A DNA stretch of 64,000 nt from Candidatus Hydrogenedentota bacterium (GCA_963745075.1 CAVUWV010000008.1:320001-384000); one strand, 5' to 3'. Counted from the stretch's first letter, positions 49,604 to 60,568 are shown. Program-made: numbers and translations. Notes: generated by a model from the letters alone, not told the origin.

Positions 49604-50060
49604 AAATTCGAAATCCAAAACAAATTCGAATGACCGAAACGGGGAAATGTCAGAAACAAACTGCAATCCGGTCCGATCATGGCCGACAACATTTGCGCGC
49701 AATTCGAGGTTGCCCGTAACCGCCTCCTGCCACGTCGCACGAACCCAAAAATCGCCTCAAAGTCGGGAAGTTCTTGCAGGACGGGAATGGTTCCCGTCCA
49801 GTCCTTCCTGATAGACCCTATGCTCGGCCGCCACCCATCGGTATTTTGGCGGACTTACTCAGCCAGAACTCCCGGGACGGAAATCATTTCCGTCCTACTT
49901 AGGCTGCCCTCGGCTTGCAAGCCGTAGGACAAGAGAACGCCCGCCATCCACCAGTGCAATCCGAAATCTCAAACCTGAGATACTGCGCGACACGGCCAGT
50001 GTGCGCCGTTTCGGTCATTTCCCCTTTTGGTCATTCGAATTTGTTTCGGATTTCGAATTT
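49604..50060. repeat. Composite element: family C inverted arms enclosing a family H REPIN
   Basis: Outer arms 49604-49649 and 50016-50060; inner arms 49776-49799 and 49875-49898. Confidence 0.75.
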
Positions 50061-50065
50061 CTCCC

Positions 50066-52225
50066 TCAAGGCAACGTCAGATTCACCGAAACCTCCCCGC
50101 CGTCTGCAACTTGGACATGCTCCGTCGCGATCCGGGTATTGGGAACATTCTGGGGAGTTCCGCTCACCCCCGCAAAGGCGAGCACGGTGTATTCGCCGGG
50201 TTCGATCTCGTCCATATGGAAGGTGCCATCGGGTTGTACCACGCCGCCTCCGATGTAGACTTGTTCGTTGTCCCACCAAAAATCGTGGTCCACGGAGTCA
50301 ATCTGCAGATCGCCACGGAAAACGGCAACGTTGGGCTGGTAGGCGGCGTTCTCCCAGCTCACGGTGCCCGCAATCGCGGCGCCACCCGTGAATTCAACAT
50401 CGTGCCGTGTCACTTGGCCGTCGGAAACATCCACCAGGGCGGAGCGGAATCGTATGCCCTTGTCCGGGGTCTGATAGCTCGCACGCAGGACGGCGTCACC
50501 CACGACCACCCCTTCAAGACGGTAGTGCCCCCTCTTGTCGGCTTGGCCGCCAAAACCTTCTACGATACCCGAAGGGCCGGCGACCGACACGCCGATCGTA
50601 GCACCGGTGACGGGTTTTCCGTCCTTGGTGACGAAACCTTCGACCGTTGCAGTCCCGCCAGCGAGCGCGAAGTCGACGGTGGTCACTTCGCCTTTGGCGA
50701 CGATGGCTTGTCGGCGGGCGCTGTGGCTGGAATCCTTTTGTCGAATGAGAGCGAACACGCGAACGGTGCCTTCAGGAACTCGTTCAATCGAGTATTTACC
50801 GTTGCCGTCCGTCTGTGCGCTCGCACTTCGGTAGACACCCTCTAAGCTATCCACGCTGACGGTTTGCCCCGCTACCGGCTTTCCCGCAACGGTAACATGG
50901 CCTTCAACCGTACCGCCGCGACTGAGTTCGATGGTCACCTGCGTCGTTTCACCGAACGTTACGCTGATCGGCGCCACGCCGGACACGTAGTCGCTATGCA
51001 CCGCTGACACCTTCGATACATCCGGCGCAACCGACGCGATTTGGAAACGCCCGTCCTCGTCCGAGACGGCGGCCGATTCGACATCGTTAGGCGGCGGGCC
51101 GGCCGGCGGGTTGCCAAGGTAGATCCACGCCTTGGAAATTGGCTGACCATCCTTGTCAACAACCCTGCCTTCAATTGTCGCGCCGGGTTCCATTCGGATA
51201 AGTACGCCCGAGACGGTCGCACCTTCACGCACATGCTGGACCACTTGCTGCGTCGTGACGAGTCCTTCCGCCGCCGCCACCACGTAGTTGTCCACGGCCT
51301 CCGCGTTGTCGAGATGGAAATTGCCCTGGGGATCGGTAACGATCGACAAGCGCCCCCGCTCACCGGGCCTGTTCAGATTGAACGGCGAGGACGATGCCCC
51401 AATCTGATACGTGGTGACGGGTTGGCCGGTTCTCGCGTTAATCACGCGGCCCTCGATGCTGCCCCTGCCCGTCAAGGTGAAATTCACGTTGGTCGTATCG
51501 GCTTGGACCGGGTCGCTGACCAGGTAGGTGTAGTCGTGGTGCGACACGAGGATGTGATACGTGCCTTCAAGCAGGTCGTTGAACCGGTAGGCGCCGTTTT
51601 CGTCGGTGTGCGTGTTTCTGACGCCTTCATTGCGGCCATTGTCGGCATTGACCGCCGCGTTCGGAATCGGTTCGCCGGAACCGTTCGTCACGGTACCTGA
51701 AATGAAGTGAATATCCTCACCCGGATACACCAACCGCAGGTCCGCTATCGTCTCATTCGCCGAAACCGTATAACGCCCCGCCGGTTGATCCTCGTATCGG
51801 GGACGCCTAAACGTCAAGTCATACGTTCCCGCGGGAAGACCACGAAGTCGAAAGGCGCCGTCTGTATCCGTTTTCGCACCGCGGATGGCGTTTTCCTTCG
51901 GGCCCTCGGCTGGCACCGCTCCGATGGACATCCTTTCCATGGGTCTCCCGAGCTTGTCAACGACGGTGCCCGCCAACGTAGCGCCCGCATTCGTTGCGTC
52001 GGGCGCCGGCTTCTCAACGTCGGGGTTGGCGACCTCCTCCGCAGGCGCGTTCACGGAATCAGCCGCGCCGGATGCTACGGATACTGCAGCCGGCGCCTTC
52101 GCCAAGTCCGATTTTCCGGCGGGCCTATTGAAAGCGCCCCCGAACAACAGTGCCCACACTGCGACGAGCACCAGGACGGTCACTACTGCGATAACCACTA
52201 AGCGTGTTCGCTTGACTCCAGCCAT
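50066..52225 (-). CDS. Membrane-anchored carboxypeptidase-regulatory-like repeat protein
   Basis: N-terminal TM; about 6 beta-sandwich repeats (GTV-x-D-x-x-G-x-P, TD-x-x-G-x-Y); ends LTLP. Confidence 0.8.
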   Translation of the reverse strand: MAGVKRTRLVVIAVVTVLVLVAVWALLFGGAFNRPAGKSDLAKAPAAVSVASGAADSVNAPAEEVANPDVEKPAPDATNAGATLAGTVVDKLGRPMERMSIGAVPAEGPKENAIRGAKTDTDGAFRLRGLPAGTYDLTFRRPRYEDQPAGRYTVSANETIADLRLVYPGEDIHFISGTVTNGSGEPIPNAAVNADNGRNEGVRNTHTDENGAYRFNDLLEGTYHILVSHHDYTYLVSDPVQADTTNVNFTLTGRGSIEGRVINARTGQPVTTYQIGASSSPFNLNRPGERGRLSIVTDPQGNFHLDNAEAVDNYVVAAAEGLVTTQQVVQHVREGATVSGVLIRMEPGATIEGRVVDKDGQPISKAWIYLGNPPAGPPPNDVESAAVSDEDGRFQIASVAPDVSKVSAVHSDYVSGVAPISVTFGETTQVTIELSRGGTVEGHVTVAGKPVAGQTVSVDSLEGVYRSASAQTDGNGKYSIERVPEGTVRVFALIRQKDSSHSARRQAIVAKGEVTTVDFALAGGTATVEGFVTKDGKPVTGATIGVSVAGPSGIVEGFGGQADKRGHYRLEGVVVGDAVLRASYQTPDKGIRFRSALVDVSDGQVTRHDVEFTGGAAIAGTVSWENAAYQPNVAVFRGDLQIDSVDHDFWWDNEQVYIGGGVVQPDGTFHMDEIEPGEYTVLAFAGVSGTPQNVPNTRIATEHVQVADGGEVSVNLTLP

Positions 52226-52438
52226 TGTCCCCCCGTGTAGCTCGACCGACTTGTTTTACAAGCCGGTCCCACCAGCTGTGTCTCACTGATACGTCAAATT
52301 CGCCGAAACCCCCTCAACGCCCGAGGCCGGACAAGCTCCGTCGCGTCGCGAGCATAGGTTCGCCGTTTCGGCTCTTTCCCCATTTTGGTCATTCGAATTT
52401 GTTTCGGATTTCGATATTCGGATTTCGAATTTCCCTCG

Positions 52439-55400
52439 TCACGGCAGCGTTAATCGCGCCGAAAACTCCCCATCGCCCGAAACGCTCACGTACTGCGTCC
52501 CAACGCGGGCGTTAGACATGTCCGGGGTCGGGTCACCCGCAAAACCGACGGCCACGACCGTATAGTCCCCGGGGCTCAAACCGCCCACGCGGAAACTTCC
52601 GTCGGGCTGGACCATGGCGTTGCCCACGACCAGTTGCTGATTGGCCATCCAGAAACTCTGATCGATGGTGGTGATCTGCATTTTGCCGGACACGATGACG
52701 ACAAACGTCCGCCCCTCCTGCGACGCGCCGGACACGGTCCCCGCGATCGTCGCCCCCGCGTTGACGTCCACGTCCTGTTGCACCACGCGCCCGTCGACCG
52801 CGTTCACCTGGACCGTTCGCGTCTGCCACTCGTTTTCGGATGCCTGGTAGGCCACGCGCAGCGTGGCCGCTCCCGCGGTCATGCCCTCGATCCGGTAGAA
52901 TCCGTTCCCGTCGACCTGGCTACTGAAGTTCTCCACCGCGCCGGTCGCTCCGGTGACCGACACGGACACCTGCCCCTGCGGCACAGGTTGGCCACCCATG
53001 GTCACATACCCCTCGATGGTCGCGTTCCCGCCCGCAAAGTCGAAATCGACCACGGTCACCTGGTCTTCGGCAACGATCGCGGCTTGATTTGCGCTGCGGT
53101 TCGAATCGCCCTGCCGCAGGTTCACGACTACGATAACGTCACCTTCCGGGATTCCCTTGATGGTATACGTGCCGTCTGCGCCGGTCTCGCCATACTGGGG
53201 CTGCCCGCCGGTGTTCTGGCGCTGAACGTATACGCGCTGGCCACTCGCCGGTTGCCCCGCGACCGTGACCCGGCCCTGGATGGTGCCACCGCCGCCCAGA
53301 CGGATCGTCACCTGCGACGTGCCGCCCGGTGTGACGGTTACCAGCTCGCTTCCGGGTGCGAAATCGCTGTGGACGGCCGACACCATCGTGGTATCGGGCC
53401 CGAGCGAGGTAATCTCGAAGGTGCCATCGGCGCCCGACGTGGCGACCATTTCGCGATCCATACGCCACTGATCGCGTGGCGCCCCACCGAGGTAAATCCG
53501 TGCGCCCGAAACTGGTTGGCCGCTCGAATCGGTGACCAGACCGTCGATGGTCGCGCCCGGATCCAACTTGAATAGAATCCCGGAGACCGTCGCGCCCTCG
53601 CGTACCCCCGTGACCGGCTGTTGCGACGGCGCGTAGCCTTCCGCCGTGACCGCCACGTAGCCGTCGCCCGCTTCAACATTGTTCAGCTTGAAGTTGCCGT
53701 CGGGATCCATAAACGCCGTGAGGTTCCCGTACATGGCCGGCGTCGCGAGGTTAATCTTGCCGCCAAATGAGCCCACTTGGAACTTCGTCACCGGCTGGCC
53801 CGTTCGCGCGCTGACCACGCGGCCTTCGATGGTCCCCCTGCCGGTCAATACAAAATTGACGTTGGCCGTGCCGGCCTGAACTCCCTCTTTGTTTTGATGG
53901 GTGTACTCGCCGTGATAGGCGTAAACGCGGTAAGCGCCCTCCTCCAGGCCCGAGATGGTATACGTGCCGTCCTCATCCGTATTGGCATATCCATACCCGC
54001 GGCCCCGATCCAATTGAGCGTTGATGCTCGCGTTACGGAGCGGTTCGCCGGCGCTGTTCGTGACGCGCCCCGAGATCGTCAGTCCGCCCGCCTCCTCATA
54101 CACTACTTTGATGCCGGTCTTATGTTCGCCCTCGCCGACGGTCACCTCGGTACCCGCCTGCGCCCCTCGGTTGCTATACGAGTTGTACGGCCGGACCCGA
54201 ATCCGGTACGTCGCAGCCATCAACCCCTGAATCTTGAATTTGCCGTCCGCGTCCAGACTGGCACTTTGCGCCTGCGCCTGTTCCCCGTTCGACACCGGTT
54301 CCGCCGTCACGCTGGCTTGTTTCATCGGATTGCCCGTCGCGTCGACCACCACCCCGGCGATGCTGCTGCCGGACCCCATCACGATCTCGACGCCGTTCAG
54401 GTCCGTTTCGCCGATTTCGAGCGGTCCCACCGGTGCGGCCGAATAGCCCGCCTTGGTCGCCGTGATCATGATCTTCTGGTTTCCCGAATACCCCCGGTGT
54501 TCGAACGTGCCGTCTTCGCCGGTGTTCGTATCCTCACCCTCGCCGTTGTCCGTCATCGGCGAACTCGAAACGTGGGCGAACTCGATCGGGTTCCCGTCCT
54601 CATCCACCACGCGGCCGCGAACGAGCAATCCGTACTTCATCGGGAAATCGATGTCCGGCGTCGTCTTCCCGAGTTGGACGTTCACCTTCTTGTCCTCCCG
54701 GCTTTCACCGTGAAGGTATCCAAGCATCCAGTTACGGTGGATCGTATGTGGTCCCTCACCCAGGCCTTCAATCTTGTAGATTCCATTTGCGTCCGAATGG
54801 GCCTGGCGCTGCGGGGTCGCGCCCCCATCCGGTCGGGCACTGATTCGGACGTTTTTCAACGCCTTGCCGGAATCGAACGTCATACGCCCGTCCGGTCACG
54901 ACGCCGCCTATAGCCACGATAAGCCGGAGATCGTCCACGCTGTCGCCCCCGGCAATGGTAAACTCCGGCGGCTTGCCCGAGAGCAGGCGCGTGTCATCCT
55001 CGATCGCGATCCGGTACTTGGCGTCGGCCAGATGCGGAAGCTCGAATCGGCCTTCCTCATCCGTCTTGGCTTCATCTTCGGCGCGTGGCACGTCGCTGGA
55101 TGCAACGACTTTAATGTCGGGGATCGGGTCGCCCGTTTCCGCCGCGACCACTTCGCCCGTCGCATGGCCGCCCGGGCTCAGGACCAGTTCGGCATCCAAG
55201 GTGCCCACCGGAATGTAGTCCGACGCGAGGACGGCATAATTCTCCGCCTTCACGGTCAGTTGCCAGGCGCCTTCCCAGAGATGCGGCAGGTAAAACGTGC
55301 CGTCGTTGTTGGTCGGCACCTGGGCGGCCATGCCGATGGACCCACTCATCCGGTTCCGCTCGTCTTGCGTCTTTTCCGGGTATACCCGCGCGTCCGCGAC

Positions 55401-55988
55401 CGGTTCTCCCGCCTCGTTTATCACGAGGCCAGCGATAGCCCCGGCGGGTTTCATCGTGATGTCCACCACGTCCAACAACTCGTCATCGGTAATCGTGGCC
55501 CCGCCTATCCCGAACAGGTCGTCCGTCGATGCAAGGATCGCGAAGTAACCGTACGGTATCCGTTTGAATTCGTAGGTGCCGTCCGCAGCCGTTTCAGCCT
55601 CCCAGTGGGGACCGTCCTCCAGTTGCTCGCCTCCCGTACCTGCTTCGGTGGTCAGGACGATCCTGACCGTGGCATTCGCAACCGGCGCCTCGCTGTCCGC
55701 CAGTTTCACCGCGCCTTTGATCGTGCCGTTGCCCGTGCGGCGCGGGGCGCGCGGATCCGAGTCCGCCCGCGTGCGGTCGCTACTCACCTGGAAGGGACTC
55801 GCCGGGCGCGCCGCCGTCCGGTCCTCGGTGGGGGCGGGCTCCCCCTCGGGTTCCACAGGTTCGGGCGTAGAAACGGTTTGCGCAACCTCGGTTGTGTCGC
55901 CGCTACGGCCGCTCAAGAAGTACCACGCGCCGCCCACCGCGGCTACGACCAGGACAATCAGGATCCCAAAACGAATATTCTCGTTCAT
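52439..55988 (-). CDS. Membrane-anchored carboxypeptidase-regulatory-like repeat protein, paralog of 50066..52225 (frameshift near 54878)
   Basis: N-terminal TM; about 10 repeats; shares GRGxIEGRVxxARTGQPVT and VREGATVSG; ends LTLP. Confidence 0.8.
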
Positions 55989-56316
55989 CGGTTCTCCCCA
56001 GTTGGACCGGTTGGAAGCACACATCCCCCCTATATAGACGCACCAGCAAGGCCTTTGGTGACCTTATGGCGCTTTCCGCAAAAGCCGATCGACCGCCTGT
56101 TTCAGTCCCTGATTCTACTAGTGATGACAGATTCTGTAAAGCCTTCCCGGCAGGCCAATCGCACGTAGACGGTCGGTGTGGGAGCGGTCTCAGGAATTCT
56201 TGACGGGCATTTAACCCGGGATCGCTAAGTTTACGGCAGCGTCGCACCGGATGAACGGGGCGCCACTGGGAGCGCCGGGCGCCAGCCTGGCGTAACTTCA
56301 AACCATCGGCGGCTGC

Positions 56317-56346
56317 TTGACTTGCGCACTCGAAATACGCTATTGT
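56317..56346 (+). promoter_or_regulatory. Putative sigma70 promoter of rpsD
   Basis: TTGACT-N18-TATTGT about 175 bp upstream of the rpsD start. Confidence 0.45.
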
Positions 56347-56519
56347 ACCGGACTTGTTGGCCGTCAGGATTCCAATTCCATTGGCATCGGACGGGCTGGC
56401 CTGTGTCCGCAAACCGGCTCGCACTGGGTCCGGTATGCACCGTATATCGAAATGGGCGACGCGCGTTTATGCCGTCAAGTTAAACGATTTCAATGATTTA
56501 GGAGGACGTAGAGAGGCTT

Positions 56520-57128
56520 ATGGCCAGGAAAACCGGACCAAAACACAAACTCTGCCGCCGCTTGGGCTCCTGCATCTGGGGCGATCCCAAGTGCCCCTCG
56601 CTGCGGCGTCCGTATGCGCCGGGACAACACGGCCAGAACATGCGCCGGAAGATGTCCGTCTATGGGCTGCAACTCCTGGACAAACAGAAGATCCGCACCC
56701 ACTACGGCCTCATGGAAAAGCAGATGCGCCGTACCTTCGCCGAAGCCCAGCGGATGGGCGGCGTGACCGGCACCAACCTGCTCATGCTGCTCGAATGCCG
56801 CTTGGACTGCATCGTCTTTCGCTTCGGCTGGGCTTCCAGCATTCCGGCGGCGCGGCAACTCGTGAATCACGGCCACATCCAGGTCGATGGCAAGAAAGTC
56901 GATATCCCGTCGTTCCGCGTGAAGCCCGGCATGACCGTGAGCGTCCGCGACCGCAGCCGCAAGATCCCGAGCATCGCCAACGGCGCTGAAAACCCGCCTG
57001 CCGTGATGCCCGAATACCTTGAACGCGCGCCGAAATCGTTTGAAGGCAAGATGACCGCCACGCCGAACCTGGAAACCATTCCGTTCAAAGCGGAGACGGC
57101 CGGCATCATCGGTTTCTATTCGCGCTAA
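56520..57128 (+). CDS. rpsD: 30S ribosomal protein S4
   Basis: MARKTGP, PGQHG, KQKIR, LECRLD, ARQLVNHGH, FYSR. Confidence 0.97.
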   Translation: MARKTGPKHKLCRRLGSCIWGDPKCPSLRRPYAPGQHGQNMRRKMSVYGLQLLDKQKIRTHYGLMEKQMRRTFAEAQRMGGVTGTNLLMLLECRLDCIVFRFGWASSIPAARQLVNHGHIQVDGKKVDIPSFRVKPGMTVSVRDRSRKIPSIANGAENPPAVMPEYLERAPKSFEGKMTATPNLETIPFKAETAGIIGFYSR

Positions 57129-57152
57129 GCGCACGCAACGTTCAGCAGTTCC

Positions 57153-57190
57153 CGGGCGGGCCGTGATTTTACGGTCCGCCCGTTTCGTCG
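57153..57190 (+). terminator. Putative intrinsic terminator after rpsD
   Basis: Hairpin CGGGCGGGCCGT-loop-ACGGTCCGCCCG followed by a short T tract. Confidence 0.45.
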
Positions 57191-57251
57191 TTGTCCCGGA
57201 TCCCGGGCGTGGACACGCGTCCGGCACCGGCAATAAGATCGCAAACCATTC

Positions 57252-60200
57252 ATGGCACTGGCACGATCCCTCCCGAAACTCGGTTTTGTAGACGACATCG
57301 TTCGTAAACTCGAATCCGGCGTCGTCGAAACGGTCGGCCCTTGGGGATCCGGCAAGACCCTCTGTGCCCTCCAATCCGCCGCGGACCGTCCCCTGCTCAT
57401 CGTCGCACCCGGCCGGATCGAAGCCGAAGGTATTTTCGAAGACCTGCTCACCTTTGATGACCCGGAGCGCTGTGCACTCTTTCCGGCCTGGGAGGTGCTC
57501 CCTACCGATGCCATGGCCCCCGCCGACGACATCGTCGCCGAGCGCATGAATACGTTGAAACGCCTGCTCACGGCCCAGAATGACGGAGTGCCCATGCGCG
57601 TCGTCGCCCCGGTTCGCGCGCTGATGCAATTTGTCATCCAGCGCGAACGCCTCGCACAACAAACCGTTTCGCTGGCCGTGGGCGAAGAACACGACCTCGA
57701 AGAACTGGTCGTGCGCCTCACGAAGATGGGATACGAACGCGAACTCATGGTCGAACAGCGCGGTCAAATGAGTCTGCGCGGCGGCATCTTCGACGTGTTC
57801 CCCATTTCCAGCGAGTTGCCTTATCGCCTCGAGTTTTTCGGCGACGAGATCGAATCCATTCGTCGCTTCGAACCCGAAACGCAGCGAAGCGTCAACCCCG
57901 TCGACTCCTTGACCGTATTGCCCCGCTCGGAAAAGACCGTCCTCGCCGCGTCAGTCGACGGTTCCGGTTCCAAATGTTCGCTCCTGGACTACCTGCCCGA
58001 AGACGCGCTCATCGCCATCGACGAACCCGCCGCAGTGCAGACCGAGGCGGAAAAGCTACACACCCAGTTAGCGGACAGTCCGTTCTTCATGGACGTCGAA
58101 GACCTCGAATCGCGTCTCGAACCCCGTAATCGTCTGTCGTTGGGGCAAGTTCCCTTCACGGGTCGCAAAGGCGCGGTCCGCATCGCCGGGTCCATGCGCG
58201 CGCTGGCCGGATGGCAGGGCCATAACGAAGCCTTCTGGAAACAGCTCCAGGACTGGGATCGCGAAAAGTACACCGTCGTGCTCCTTTGTGCCAACTCCGG
58301 CGAACGCAAACGTCTCTTCGAACTCGTGGAGGAGCAGGGCTACCGTATCGGCCACGACGCCTTCGATATCCGGATCGAGATGGGTAGGTTGCGGGCCGGG
58401 TTCGCCTCAACCACTGACCGCCTCGCCGTCCTCAGCGAACGCGAGATGTTCGGGCGCCACTACACGCGCCGGGCGCGCCGCCGCTTCGAAGCCGGCGTGG
58501 CGCTCACCGCGTTCAGCGACCTCAAATCCGGCGACTACATCGTTCACCAGCAACACGGCATCGGCCGGTACCTCGGGCTCAAACGTTTCGAAGGCAAAGC
58601 CGGCGACTTCCTCGCGGTGCAGTACACCGGCGGCGACAAGCTCTACGTGCCCGTCACGCACATCGACATGATCCAGAAATACACCGGCGGCGACGGCGCG
58701 ACGCCCAAGGTCGACAAACTCGGCGGCTCCACCTGGGCGCGGACCAAGGCCCGTGTGAAGAAGGCCGTCCGCGATATGACGGAGGACTTGCTGAAACTCT
58801 ACGCCGCGCGGGAAAGCCGCGAGGGATTCGCGTTCAGCAAGGATACCCCGTGGCAGCTCGAGTTCGAGGAGGCCTTCGAATACGACGAAACCCCGGACCA
58901 AGCCCGCGCCATCGTCGACGTGAAGCGCGACATGGAATCGCCGCGTCCCATGGATCGCCTGGTCTGCGGTGACGTGGGTTACGGCAAGACCGAGGTCGCC
59001 ATGCGCGCCGCCTTCAAGGCCGTCATGGACGGCAAACAGGTCGCCGTGCTTGTGCCGACCACCGTTCTCGCCGAGCAGCACTATCTCAACTTCACCGAGC
59101 GATTCGCCGATTTCCCCATCAAGGTCGAGATGCTCAGCCGATTCCGCAGCGCCAAAGAACTCAAGGCCACCGTCGAGCGCATGAAATCCGGCGAAGTGGA
59201 CGTCGTGGTAGGCACGCACCGGCTCGTATCCAAGGATGTCCAGTTCAAAAACCTCGGCCTCGTGGTGATCGACGAAGAGCAGCGTTTCGGCGTCGCCCAT
59301 AAAGAGCGGTTGAAGCAACTACGCACGACCGTCGACGTGATGACCCTTTCCGCCACGCCCATTCCCCGCACACTCAATATGAGCCTGCTCGGCGTCCGCG
59401 ACATGAGCGTCATCAACACCGCCCCCAACGATCGTTTGCCCATCCACACCTGCATCGAACATTTCGACGAGCAATTGATCCAGGAAGCGATCCAGCGGGA
59501 ACTCGCGCGCGAAGGGCAGGTGTTCTACGTCCACAACCGCGTACAAACCATCCTGCCCGTCGCGCAGATGGTGCGCAAACTCGTGCCCGGCGCCCGCATC
59601 GCCGTCGGCCACGGCCAGATGCCGGAAAAAGAACTCGAGCGCGTGATGACCGCGTTCATGCACAAAGAGGTCGACATCCTCGTGTGCACGACCATCATCG
59701 GTTCCGGGCTCGACATCCCCAACGCGAACACCATCATCATCGACAACGCCAGCTACTTCGGTTTGGCGGAGTTGTACCAACTGCGCGGACGCGTCGGACG
59801 GTTTAAGCACCGGGCCTTTGCCTACCTCCTCGTCCCGGGCGAACGGGCGCTGAGCGAGGACGCCCAGAAACGACTGAAAGCGTTGGAGGAATTCTCGACG
59901 CTCGGTTCGGGATTCCGCATCGCCATGCGCGACCTCGAAATCCGCGGCTGCGGCAACATTCTGGGTGGCGAGCAGCACGGCTACATCGCCACGGTCGGAT
60001 ACGACACCTATACCCAACTCGTCGCGGAAACCGTCGCGGAACTGAAAGGCGAACCGGCCCGCCGCCGCACGCTGCCGCTTTTCGAAGTGGCCGTGGATGC
60101 ATTTATTCCGGAAGCATATGTTCCTTCCGAAGCGCAAAAGATCACACTGTACAAACGCATCGTCGGCATTCAGAGCGAAGATGAAGTCGACGAGATGGAA

Positions 60201-60515
60201 GCCGAACTCGCCGACCGCTTCGGCAAACCGCCCGCGCCCGTACGGCGGCTGCTCGCCATCATGCGGGTACGCGCGCTCGGTGGCGACGCCGGCGTAAAAC
60301 GCATCGTCGCGGCCAAGGGGGCTGTCAGCGTGGAACTCGAATCCGGTCAACTCATGAGCCGGGGCAACCGCGACACCCTCTCCCACGAACTCGGAAACCG
60401 CCTTGATTTTGCCTGGCAGGAACACCCGTCGATTACCATCAAACTGCTCCCCGACGGCCAGGAAAACCCCATCGAAGTCGCCCAGCACCTCCTCCGCGCC
60501 ATGGCCAATCTGTAG
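57252..60515 (+). CDS. mfd: Transcription-repair coupling factor
   Basis: RGGIFDVF, HGIGRY, CGDVGYGKT, DEEQRFG, SATPIPRT, QLRGRVGR, TRCF domain. Confidence 0.98.
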   Translation: MALARSLPKLGFVDDIVRKLESGVVETVGPWGSGKTLCALQSAADRPLLIVAPGRIEAEGIFEDLLTFDDPERCALFPAWEVLPTDAMAPADDIVAERMNTLKRLLTAQNDGVPMRVVAPVRALMQFVIQRERLAQQTVSLAVGEEHDLEELVVRLTKMGYERELMVEQRGQMSLRGGIFDVFPISSELPYRLEFFGDEIESIRRFEPETQRSVNPVDSLTVLPRSEKTVLAASVDGSGSKCSLLDYLPEDALIAIDEPAAVQTEAEKLHTQLADSPFFMDVEDLESRLEPRNRLSLGQVPFTGRKGAVRIAGSMRALAGWQGHNEAFWKQLQDWDREKYTVVLLCANSGERKRLFELVEEQGYRIGHDAFDIRIEMGRLRAGFASTTDRLAVLSEREMFGRHYTRRARRRFEAGVALTAFSDLKSGDYIVHQQHGIGRYLGLKRFEGKAGDFLAVQYTGGDKLYVPVTHIDMIQKYTGGDGATPKVDKLGGSTWARTKARVKKAVRDMTEDLLKLYAARESREGFAFSKDTPWQLEFEEAFEYDETPDQARAIVDVKRDMESPRPMDRLVCGDVGYGKTEVAMRAAFKAVMDGKQVAVLVPTTVLAEQHYLNFTERFADFPIKVEMLSRFRSAKELKATVERMKSGEVDVVVGTHRLVSKDVQFKNLGLVVIDEEQRFGVAHKERLKQLRTTVDVMTLSATPIPRTLNMSLLGVRDMSVINTAPNDRLPIHTCIEHFDEQLIQEAIQRELAREGQVFYVHNRVQTILPVAQMVRKLVPGARIAVGHGQMPEKELERVMTAFMHKEVDILVCTTIIGSGLDIPNANTIIIDNASYFGLAELYQLRGRVGRFKHRAFAYLLVPGERALSEDAQKRLKALEEFSTLGSGFRIAMRDLEIRGCGNILGGEQHGYIATVGYDTYTQLVAETVAELKGEPARRRTLPLFEVAVDAFIPEAYVPSEAQKITLYKRIVGIQSEDEVDEMEAELADRFGKPPAPVRRLLAIMRVRALGGDAGVKRIVAAKGAVSVELESGQLMSRGNRDTLSHELGNRLDFAWQEHPSITIKLLPDGQENPIEVAQHLLRAMANL

Positions 60516-60568
60516 CCCCACTTCTTCTCAGGGAATACCGTTCACCCGATCCCTATGTTTCCCATCTC

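Noticed and set aside
50066..55988. Diversity-generating retroelement TR/VR pair between the paralogs
   Set aside because: No reverse transcriptase in the window, and differences between paralogs are not adenine-specific.
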